From Takakia lepidozioides (taxonomy: Eukaryota; Plantae; Bryophyta): 64,000 nt of DNA. A model generated the notes under the pieces. The model had not been told where the DNA came from. It saw nothing but the letters and a program-made list of their open reading frames with translations, and searched no databases. The number at the start of each line of letters is the position of its first letter. The stretch's first letter is position 1. The stretch covers positions 44,764,001 to 44,828,000 of the forward strand of contig CM060733.1 of the NCBI GenBank assembly GCA_030704615.1, read 5' to 3'. Below, one piece after another: positions 37,936 through 48,266 of this stretch. The position numbers were made by a program, and so were the translations under genes.

Positions 37936-39029
37936 TAGGATACTTTACGTACTCTCATAACATTTACATTAAAGAGCAATGCCTCATGGCCTTCATTCTT
38001 GGTTATCTTTTCTAAGACTCCTTTTGAGATGAATTAAAGGGCCTCCGTCCCCTTTCGTTTCAATATATATATATATATATATTTGCAAAACTGTTACAAG
38101 TTTGTACGGTGAGCATATATATTTGTATATATGACGAAAGCCGGAGCTAGCATAAATAAGAGCCTCTTCCCCTTGCCTTTCTCAAGTGGGCCTATTAACA
38201 CCCTGGCCAGTCACAGGGAGGCTAGCTAGCCATTTTCAATCGTTTTCTCTTTCATTTGTTGAGGATTAGGGCTCTGACAATCTGATAGCTCTAAATTGTA
38301 TGGCTGTGCAGGAAGGGGGGGGGGGTATATTTAAGAGGTAGTTTGATTTTTTTATAAAGATATGGACATTACAGCTATACGTTCCTCCTATGATCTAGTC
38401 ATGAGGGCTTTGTTCCATCCATGTTGACGGAGGGCCAATATGAGCGGGTCATATTTTTCACACTTGTAAATAATCGACCGTTTTGGTACCTACCATGACA
38501 TAATATGAATTCTATAATATGAATGTTTGGGTGCCTATCATGACATAATATGAATGGCGAAGGATGGGAGTAGTCTGGCGGGAATTCCGCCAGAGTCACG
38601 AGTGAGTGAGTCCATGGACAAGTAAGATATCTGGACAAAATCTTTCTAGGTAGCGACAAGGGTAGTCTAGGCACGAGGGTATAGTGGTCGGCCTTGGAAT
38701 GTTCCTACAATCAGGAGGTTGAACCGTCTAGATTTAGGATGCGATAGAAGAAGTTTTAAGAGTTGTTTGACTCCTAGATTATGTCGGGTTATACGAAGCC
38801 CATGGATTATGGGTTGGCCACAATGGAGAAGAAGATGTGACTGCAATGTTGTCGTATTCCTCGGGCTACGCACTTGGACTACTCCCCTCACACCGCTCTA
38901 GGCCCTCAAAGGGGGGACTTCCCCCCATACATTATGTTCCAAGGTGTCGTCTTCCGGAATAATTCTCTTCCATTTATAGTAGTGGTGGCACATAATGCTC
39001 CATATTGGTCTAATCTCATTTTTCGGGAT

Positions 39030-39415
39030 AACCAGTGGCCCATGTAACCGCTCCTATTTTTTACCACTCTATAATTAACCACTCACATATAATGACATAA
39101 CTCTCAGTGTGTCTGACTTAAGTCAGTCTAGGCTGATTCAGTGGCTGTTCCTGCATAGTGTAACTGATTACTATATCTCCCAATGCTAGCACGGTAGGAA
39201 CGACTGAGCTACCACTGAGAAGTGGTTAATCCAGATGAACTGTCTGCATTAGATGGAGTGGTTGGAAGTGGTTTCAAACACTTACCACTCCACATATAAT
39301 ATTAAAATTATTATTCAATATTTATGATATGTAATGCTCCACGCGGAAAAGAGTAGTGGTAAACCGTGAATGATTAACATTTCAGTGATTCATAGCACTA
39401 TTGTGGTGATACATA
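39030..39415 (+). repeat. ACCACT/AGTGGT-rich repeat related to 13030-13565
   Basis: Shared blocks gagtggttggaagtg..tccacat.taatatt and tgtggtgatacat. Confidence 0.55.
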
Positions 39416-40939
39416 AAGTATGCTAGCGGGTTGTGCACCCATGACAGATATTTGAAAAATACAAATGTTGAATTCATTACAAGACAACAACGACGTGGTG
39501 TGAGTCTAAACTCATGCTTGTCTACATGGCTGAATTCATGGCCCATGCCACGCCATCAACTAATAAGGGTGTCTATTCCCGTTGACATGGCTCCCCTATG
39601 GCTGCGGAACAAATTGGAACAATGTGGAAAAAACATGCATCCAACATGGAACATGGAACAAAGTGAAAATGCATGATTCTAGCTTACAAACTGAAATTGA
39701 TACTCGACTTGTACACTTAATACAATCTGAATGATAGAAGAAAACAATGTGTCAAAGATTTAAACAATTTCTTCAACCACAAATAGAGCATACTCTATGT
39801 CCACTATTCACATCCCGTTGCAGAAGAGTATCCACCTATGTGTTGGTGAGTAGTACCGTTTTGTTTGGGATCACAAAACATCACGATAAGAAAAATGTAG
39901 TACAAATGTTTTCTCTGAATATCTTTCCATCTCTTGTCAAGATTAATGGATCGCATAAAAATAAAATTTGGATAGCTGCAATGAAAAATTTATCATTCTG
40001 ATGTCGTACGTCTTGTCTTGCAAACAAATCCAGAGATGACGATTGTGTATACCTATCCATATCATGCAGAATTCCATGAAACGAGTATGCATCAATGCAC
40101 AAGTAGGAACCCCCAGCCTTTCACATTGTCTTTACTACAACATGACAGAGGGCTCAACAGGTAACGGAGATCACATGAGAGATATGGGTTGCTGCAAAAC
40201 AAGTGTTGACACACACTTATTTTCCAGCCCTCGTATATATATATATATACACTTTTGGGCTGCTGCAAAGCATGTGAAGCACCATATTCATGGTGCTACT
40301 TTATTTGGTTCCTCTTATTCTAAACATCAGATTCGTAGAACACAACAAGTTCTCGGAAGTGCTCTTCCTAATATTTGGTTAGAGATGCTTTGTAATTTTT
40401 GTTGTCCCGCTCACTGTACCTACACAGACCATATCAAATGGATATAAACTTGGAAGACAGCCCTATCGACAACATGTTAAAAACATCAAATTAAAAAGCT
40501 AGACATAAAAACAAACAAGGCGATATACTTACATCACGAATTCACCATATATAAATTTACCTTCAAAAAAATCGATATCAAGAACATTATATATCTATGA
40601 GTGTCCTCTTAGACAGAATCGCGACAAAGCATAGAAACAAAATCGTTTCTGACAACCGATAGGATGAGTCATGGCATGGTCTGGATCTGCCAAGCACTCC
40701 GACTCGTCTTTCCAGGTAATATGGTCAGATTTGACATGTCTCTTATTGGCACCCAATTTAAAGGACCTGTCCATCGCAACCACCAAAGCTTGGTGTGCTC
40801 TCTCAAAATATGCATGTTGATTAATGAGAATAGGGACCTCATCAACCCTAGTGCGGCAGACCTCACCACACATATATGCACAATAAAGTAGTCTGCCACA
40901 ATATTTCTTGTTAGCCTTCCATGGTTGTATCAACTCCCA

Positions 40940-41085
40940 CTATCCAATGCAACGTGGACATAACCAATCCCCATCCGGAACCATCTCAAGAGGTAGAGTC
41001 AAGCATCCCATATGCCAACCTCTAGAGCATCGATCACACACCAGCATGGTGGCTGCCCCTTTAGCAGACCCATACAACATGCACC
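40940..41085 (-). pseudogene. PHD finger at the integrase C-terminus
   Basis: CMLYG..MLVCDRCSRGWHMGCLTLPLEMVPDGDWLCPRC* fits C4HC3 with the second Cys replaced by Tyr. Confidence 0.85.
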
Positions 41086-41099
41086 TCAAACCTGCAGAT

Positions 41100-42250
41100 A
41101 CCACTGCCAGGTTTGGGTCGATCCTGACATCGACATTCGGAAGGTGACATGGCACACAATTACGCACATGGTCCTTCCAAGTTATGCCATCCCGACCCTC
41201 CAAGACCAAGACGCCTGAGGGCAAGACCTCTCGAACCCTCAAAATAACACGTCATGCAGTCACATCCAAGGTCGTAGGAACAGTCTGCTGCAGAGAGACA
41301 TAGTCATCAGGGTTGAATCTCCGAACCCCAGGACGTTAGCCCCCACCACGTATGGTAGCATACCTCAACGTATCATGGCGTTGTGCAATGGCAAGGTTCT
41401 CGAAAGCCATGGGCATGACTTTCTTGAACAACTCTGCACGCTGCTCACATACACGTGCCCACACGTCCGGATCGTCAAGATTAAGAACTGTAGCAGCTTC
41501 TCTGCGAATGGATGTAGGCAAATCCGGCTCTCGGCCAAAGAGAAGAAAGTATGGTGAGAAGGAGGCAAGTGATGCTTGCTTGCTGAACCTGTAGCCCATG
41601 GCTAACCAGGGTAACTGAAGGTCCCAATCTCCTAGGTGTCCCTTCTGCAAGCCATACTTGCGCAAACCCCTCTTTACTGTCTGAACAACTCTCTCTGCCA
41701 AGCCATCGGCCTCAGGATGATCCCGAGAAGTGGTGCGGTGGTCTATCAAGGCCTTGTCACACAAAGCCTGAAACTCCCCCAAGAACTCTCTCCCTTGGTC
41801 CGTGAGTACCTCAGCTGGAGCACCGAATCGGCTAAGCACACAATCCAAGAATGCATACGCAACTCCCTCACTAGCCTTATCAGGCAATGGAACCAACTCA
41901 ATCCATTTGGAGAAGTGCTCCACCATCACAACAGTACTTGTTGTGACGCATGGTCAGTGGCAACGGCCCTGCGAAGTCAAGACTCCATCTGTAGCCCAAT
42001 CCCATGATCGGAAGAGGGTGCAATTGTGGAGTAGGGGCGTTGAATGAAGCACGCACCCTGTCACACACCATGCACCTAGCCACAAATTGTTGCACCTCTG
42101 TGTGCATACCACGCCACCAATACTGCCCCTGCAGTAGGCTATGGGTGCGTCGCACCCCAAAATGCCCCAACTCCTCGTGGGCATGCCGCACTAACCATGC
42201 CCGCTGTGTTGGGTGAGGCACAATCCTCACTCGACCATCCTCCCACACTC
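41100..42250 (-). pseudogene. Integrase (HHCC + DDE core + C-terminal region)
   Basis: HEELGHFG..YWWRGM..CMVC; WSLDFAGP; LTDQGREF; DGLAERVV. Confidence 0.92.
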
Positions 42251-42502
42251 GGAGCAGGTGTGTCCCCTCCCACTTGAACCTCTTGGCTCATTGTAGGATC
42301 CGATCCCTCTCCTTGGCAGTCACAGTGGCTGCAGTGTCTCCAGTGTGGAGGTAGTCCAACACAACTGAATCCTCATGTATATCTTTGGTGCCACCTTGCT
42401 CATTGTTGGCCTCAGGGTCCTCAGACACTTGATCTACAGTCATCCTGTTGCAGGTCCAACCTGGCCTTCCGCTGCCAAGATACACATAAATGCAGGTGCA
42501 TG

Positions 42503-42958
42503 TCATTCGGGCACCATCTCCTCGTCCGTCTCACCATGCCACCGAGCTCCAGTGTCATCCTGCTGGCTCGTGCATGGATTGCGACTCAACCCATCTGCAT
42601 TGCGATTGACCAAACCCGGTCGATGCACCACCTGAAAGTCGTACTCTTGAAGGATGAGTGCCCACCGTGCAAGCTTCCCCGTAAGCTTGTCTGACTCCAT
42701 CAACCACTTGAGTGGTTGGTGATCCGTGACAAGGGTGAAGAGATTGTCATATAGATAGCACCTGAAGTGTGCCACGGCCCACACTGCAGCTAAGCATTCT
42801 CCCTTATATGAGCTATACTTAGACTCTGCAGCATTGTTCGAGCGGCTAGCATAAGCCACTACAAACTCTCTTCCCTCATCATCCACCTATGTGAGCACCG
42901 CTCCAAGCCCCAGCATGCTCCAATCTGTATGCAGCTGAAAAAGACGCCCCCTGATAGG
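42503..42958 (-). pseudogene. RNase H (Ty3/gypsy)
   Basis: LHTDWS..GLGAVL, AYASRS, ECLAAVWAV, TDHQPL, ARWALILQEYDF, NADGLSR. Confidence 0.92.
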
Positions 42959-43933
42959 TCATCTCAAGATGGGCGCCGAGGTCAACCTCGCCTTGAGCTC
43001 TTGAAAAGCTTGTTCTTGCTCATCTTCCCACTGCCACTCCTGGTCCACCTTGGTCAGCTTGGTTAGAGCCTTTGCAATGGCACTAAATCCCTTAACAAAC
43101 CGTCTGTAATAGTTTGCTAACCCCATGAAAACTCGAACTCGGCTCACATCCATGGGGCGTGGAACCTTTGTAATGGACTCTACCTTAGTCTGCTGTACCC
43201 CCAATCCTCCAGGATATATCATGTGACCCAGATACTCAATCTGGTTGTGGAAAAACTTGCACTTGCATGGATGTAACTTCAATCCGTGCGTCCTCAAGCG
43301 CTCAAATACCCCCTGAAGGTGTCTCTCATGCTCCTCCACCGTAGCACTAAAGATGATGATGTCATCTATGTAGCACCGAGCAAACTCCACCCCTGCTAGA
43401 ATCCTGTCCATGACTCTTTGAAACTCAGCGAGAACGTTTTTAAGCCCAAATGGTAAGAACCGCCACTGGTATAGGCAATCCTTCCCGTGCTCATTGATCC
43501 CCCAGAATGCCGTCTTTTGCTTATCCACCTCCTTGATCGGCAACTGGTGATATCTGGATCGTAAATCCAATGTGCTAAAGACCTTGGAATGCTCAATGGC
43601 ATCAAAGATCTCCTCTGGTGTCGGCATGGCATACCTATCGGACTTGGTCTGATGATTTACAGGCCGGTAATCACCGCACATACGTCTCTCCGTCCAATTG
43701 CCATAGACATCCTTCTTGGCTGGCATCACTGTGGCTGAAGCATACTCTCCACCAGAGAGCTCCACCAAACCTGCCTCCCAGAGATCTTGAGTCCTCATCT
43801 GAATCAAAGACCTCTCCATGTCACTGTATCTATAGGGTCTCCGAAAGATTGGCGTGTCAGTGGCCAACTCAATACGGATCTCTTGACCCTTCAGTGCTCC
43901 CAAGTCCTTCAAACTGAAGGCAAAGCAATTCAT
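42959..43933 (-). pseudogene. Reverse transcriptase (Ty3/gypsy)
   Basis: RMCGDYRPVN, FSTLDLRSRYHQ, LPFGLKN, CYIDDIIIFS, YLGH, FMGLANYYRRFVKGFS. Confidence 0.95.
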
Positions 43934-44369
43934 GTAAGCCCTCAGGAACCGCCGTATACGTCGTCTCTCTCCTCCGGTGACAATCGGTCCAATGTCAGGC
44001 TCCCAATTGTCCTCCGTAACTGCAACCTTAAGTCCAGTGGGCTTATAGGTAGAGGACGCGTCCCGTGGTTGCTATGCTGCAACCTCTTGAGCAGCACTCC
44101 CTTCTTGCTCAATCAATGACAAGGCCTCATCCTGCCCCATCATCTCATCATTGAGAACCTCCTCATCCCGAGAAGAATCCCCAACCTCATCCATCACAGC
44201 TGCCTTGGCTGCCAACTCCCTCTGAACCTCGAGCACCTCCCACGTGTGCCATGGATGTCTACACCCCGTGGTCCTCACCGGCTCGCCCCCACTCGCTGCC
44301 TGTACCGTCTCGGTAGGCAGAGAGACCGTCAAGGGAAGTGCACTCCGCACTCTACGTTGCTCAGCCATA

Positions 44370-45320
44370 GCCAAGCTGATAATCCAAGTCAAGCAATTGA
44401 GATCCATTGCTTGCCCCAACATCTAACAACGTGATGCCTCAGAAAGAGAAGGCACCGCCGTGGTCCCAGTGGAAAATCCCATAGCCCGTTCTCGCTCGTC
44501 GGCATTAGGCTCCACTAACTGTTGCAACTGGCTATCCCACAAGAGGCCAGGTCCACCATCCCGAAAAGCATGGATCCTGGGAAGCTGAGCAGTGTAGGTA
44601 ATGTTGCTCGTGGTTGACCCACCCTGTTGACCATTGCCAAAGGCGAACGGTCATCGTGTCTCACACGTTGAGACTACCTCCCTGTGTCCAAAATGCCATC
44701 CACGTGAGGTGTGCTGGCCGCTGCACCCCATCAAATGCACGCTTGAGCAGTGCGGGTGGCATCAAGTTAGTCCACCAAAGCCATGGACGATGAGCCCGTG
44801 ACCCCACTGCAGCTGCATCCAGCAACACTGCTGACCCAAGCCACGACCGGACTTGATGCACACTGGCCATCACCCTGGCCCGAGAACCGCCCATCAGTGG
44901 CACATTCTCCAAGATGTATGCTGGCGATACAGCTTGATGAAGCTGCAAGTGGCGCAAAATCCGCACCATCTCCCAAAACAGACCCGTCCTCGAGTCTCGC
45001 AATCCATTGCCATGTCCGGCTGATGAATGCCCTTGGCAGGGCCAACCTGCCACTACCAAATCAATGGAGCCAACCTGCTCCAAATCCGGCGCCCCCAACA
45101 ACGAAATGTCTACTGGCAAGGCTTGTTGGTATCCACAAACTGCAGACACTGGCAACAAAGCAGGGTACTGCTGTACCAACTGAGCAACATGGCGCAGTGA
45201 GATGCGTCGTGCAGTCTTATCCCTCTCCACATACAGGTAACGCCTTACCCGCACACCTGCCTGTAGCACAGCAGCCAATCCGGTGCTGATCCCGCCAAAC
45301 AAGTCCAGAAGGCAAATGCC
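44370..45320 (-). pseudogene. C5-cytosine DNA methyltransferase domain (DNMT3-like, motif order I-X) within pol
   Basis: I LLDLFGGISTG; II YVERD; IV IDLVVAGWPCQGHSSAG (catalytic Cys at 45036-45038); V GLFWE; VI YILENV; VIII SRAHRPWLWWTNL; after a frameshift near 44700, IX ERERAMGF and X LGQAMDL. Confidence 0.9.
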
Positions 45321-45769
45321 TTCATCCGGATACTGCCTCACAATAGGTGTGGTATCCAATGGTGACAACTGAGGTGGTCCTGGTGCAATACCCGCACTCT
45401 TCTCCTCTCCTGACGGTACAAAAGTCTCTACCCAGGCTTGTTGCACCCGTCGATCAGCAACTTGCTGCAAATCCTTGCTCGTACCCCACAATGGAGTGTG
45501 AGCAATCATGGTAGGCAACTCCGCCATACCATGTATGTCATCCTGCTCTACTGGAGGTGGCACATCCTCTGCATGGGCATTGCCTTCCAGCAATTCTCCA
45601 AGCCAACTAACTGCAGCTGTAAAGGCGGCTAATGTTGGCATCTTGCCCCGTTGGGCAGCCGCAATACCCCCAATGAATGTCACAGGGTGTTGTGCACGAT
45701 GACCATCCCCTGACTGCCATCCAGGCCTGTAGGATGCTGACTCCTCCCAAAAGTCCAGGGTGAAGCCCA

Positions 45770-46050
45770 TGGGATATAACACTGCCCCACCAACGAGGAC
45801 ATCGTAAGAGACCGCGTCTGTCACAATGGCCTTGACCTGCATCACTGAGCCATCTACACGATGATCCGGCTGCAGTCTAATGGCCAACTGATGCCGTGTC
45901 ATGCCCCAAGTCTGCTCTGATCCTCCCAGAGATGTCTGTATCTGGAAAGGACAAGGCTCCATATCCACCTCCATGAGGCCCAAACCTGCAATAGCAGCTC
46001 TGCCCAACATCAGTGGCTGGGCTCCCGAGTCCAACAAGACCCGTAGTGGC
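45770..46050 (-). pseudogene. Retroviral-type aspartic protease domain
   Basis: RVLLDSGAQPLMLG ... YDVLVGGAVL inside ORF 44661-47168. Confidence 0.85.
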
Positions 46051-46949
46051 CGATACTTCTTGCCTGCCGGTCCACTCAAAGAGAAAATGCCATCCTGGTT
46101 GTCTAACAAGACAACTCCAGGTGTCACCATGGCGCGCTCAAAGGCTGGCCTAGCTAGAAGCTCCGTCAACCTGGCAGCTGCAGCTTGCCATGGCGCAGCC
46201 GTGGCAGTCTTGACCCTCAAATACGAGGATCCCTCTGCCACTACACCTTTCAGTAACTCCGCAGAAGATGATGTGACCTCCCCACTCTCACAGAGTGTTG
46301 CTACTAGTCTGAACACTGCAGCTGGTCTTACCCCCGGCGTCGCAATCATGGTTGCCAAGAATAGTGGGGCTTGACACACAGAGGTGGCTGCCCCCAACAA
46401 CACACCGGCTGCACTAGCCTTGGCAGCAGGTGTCAGTGCTGCACGTGTAGATCTCCCCAATGGCATAGAAACCTCCGCCTCGGTAACAGTCGGGCGAGAA
46501 CTAGGTGCCATGGATGGCGTTGACACTGTCTCCCCCAAGATGAATGACTGAGGCAGCCTCGCCTGACGGCTTGCCTCCCCACGTTGTGGATCCAACTCCA
46601 CCTCTGCACCTCGTGGCTCAAGATTTCGTACTGCTCCTCCAGTCACGGCTGCAGCAGACTCCACCTGCTCTAGTGGTAGTGCTGCTCCGCACATGAATCC
46701 CATGCCTCCCATATCTCCTCCCTCAGGAACAGGAGGTGGACCATCCCGCCTGGGAGCCGGTACCGCCTGAGCTGTAGCCATGGCAGCGAGCCTCTGCTCT
46801 AGCTGCTGAAGCCGGTTGACCATGCCTTGGTCAACACCCTGACCTCCGCGTCCTTGGCCATGTTGAGCTTGCCCTTGGCCTGCACCTCGTGCCCGACCAC
46901 CTCGTCCTCTCTGGGCTGGTCCACCTCGCCCCCGGCCACCATTGTTCCC

Positions 46950-48266
46950 TTGGAACTGGCCTGGGCGCAACTCAGGATGCAAGTCATAACACTGGGCATC
47001 TCCATGCCCATACTTGCCACAATGCCCACACTGCAACTGTGCAGGCTGTGTTTGTGCCAGCCTTTTGCCACTCTTTGGGCAATCTCTCTTGACATGGGGT
47101 CCTCCACATGTCCAACATATCACCCCTGGTTGCTGTTGGCCTGCAAAAGATGCCACGGGCCTCTGCACCTGAGGTCCCCTGTAAGCTCCATGGAACTTGG
47201 GTTGGGAAACCTTGCCCCCCTAACCACGCTGTTGGGCAGTCCCTTGTGCCTGTGGGCTGGCAGCTGCGCCTCGTGCATGCATGTCCTTGCCAAACCCAAT
47301 GGTAACAACTCGCTCCTCCACCATGTTGAGCTCAATCCGCTCAGCCAGCAGAAACACATCTGCTAATGTGGGTTGGGCTGCTTGTAACAGGGTTGCATCC
47401 CGCACCCTTCTCCTGAGCTCCTTGTTCAAAATTCCATACCGGAACTGGATTGCCTGAGCTTCCCCTTGGGTCACACTTATCAAGCGCCTCATACGAGTGT
47501 AGGCCTCTCGCAAGCTCTCACTGGGTTTGCGCTGGAAGTCTTGCAAACTTCGCAGCTTCTCTGTCCATACACCTTGGTAGTTCCTCCGCAACTCCTGGAA
47601 GAACTCCACCACCGGGTTGAATCTAGGCACATGTGTTGTAGTCGTGGCAGGAGGAGTAGTAGCACCTTTTGAACTGGTACCACCTGCAGAAGTACCGGCA
47701 CTACTTGTTCCACTTCTAGTATTGGTAGTGGGAGGTATTGGTACTGATGCAGCTACTGGTCGCGTCGTGCCTCGAGTAATGGAGACGTAGTCAGGTGACC
47801 AATACATCCTCCACTCCTCAATCTCTGCTTCATGTCCTCGCCTGAACTCGTGGTAATAGTCCATAGGCGGGCCTTCCAAATGCTGGAACAGTCTCTTCCA
47901 CGCCATGAATGGGGTGAATAGCTGTGGATTGCGCATCTGCTGCAAATCACACCAGCTGTCGAACTCCTGGATAAAGTCATCCAACTCGATTGTGCCCACA
48001 GCTCCAGAGTACCTACGAGGCCCCTTGGTAGCTCCATACATCTCCTCCATGTCGTCCCACAACAATGGCGAATGAAACTACACACCTGTTGATGAAGCCT
48101 CCGAGTCTGTGTCTGACTCTGCACTAGTTGAGGGTGGAGGTGAAGGTGGTCTGAAACGAACACCTCGTCTGGTGAACCCACTCTCACTGCTATTGCCTGT
48201 AGCCGTACTCCCCTCAGAACCCCTGGGTAACTCCGTGATGACACTCACAATGTGTACCTCCCCCAC
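46950..48266 (-). pseudogene. Gag with two CCHC zinc knuckles
   Basis: ORFs 48266-48078, 48065-47220 and 47168-44661 share one frame separated by TAG stops; QDFQRKPSESLREAYTRMRRL; CWTCGGPHVKRDC and CGHCGKYGHGDAQC. Confidence 0.8.

Larger units (their letters stand above)
40940..48266 (-). mobile_element. Ty3/gypsy LTR retrotransposon internal region: gag-ZnK-protease-C5 DNA methyltransferase-RT-RNase H-integrase-PHD; inactivated by stops and frameshifts; LTRs not identified
   Basis: Colinear domains on the - strand in gypsy order (RT-RH-IN) with short spacers and no introns; see domain entries. Confidence 0.92.

Noticed and set aside
38297-38931. Solo LTR with TGTATGG...CCATACA ends
   Set aside because: Flanks TAAAT and TTATG do not form a TSD; insufficient support
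13030-38984. One giant Pack-CACTA spanning the gene fragments (CACTAG.. at 13030, ..TAGTAGTG at 38984)
   Set aside because: TIRs match poorly beyond CACTA and the 3-bp flanks differ (CAG vs GTG)
44370-45320. Host DRM/CMT/MET1 gene or bacterial restriction-modification contaminant
   Set aside because: No introns, no UBA/BAH/chromo domains, non-permuted motifs, and in-frame continuity with the gag knuckles and protease
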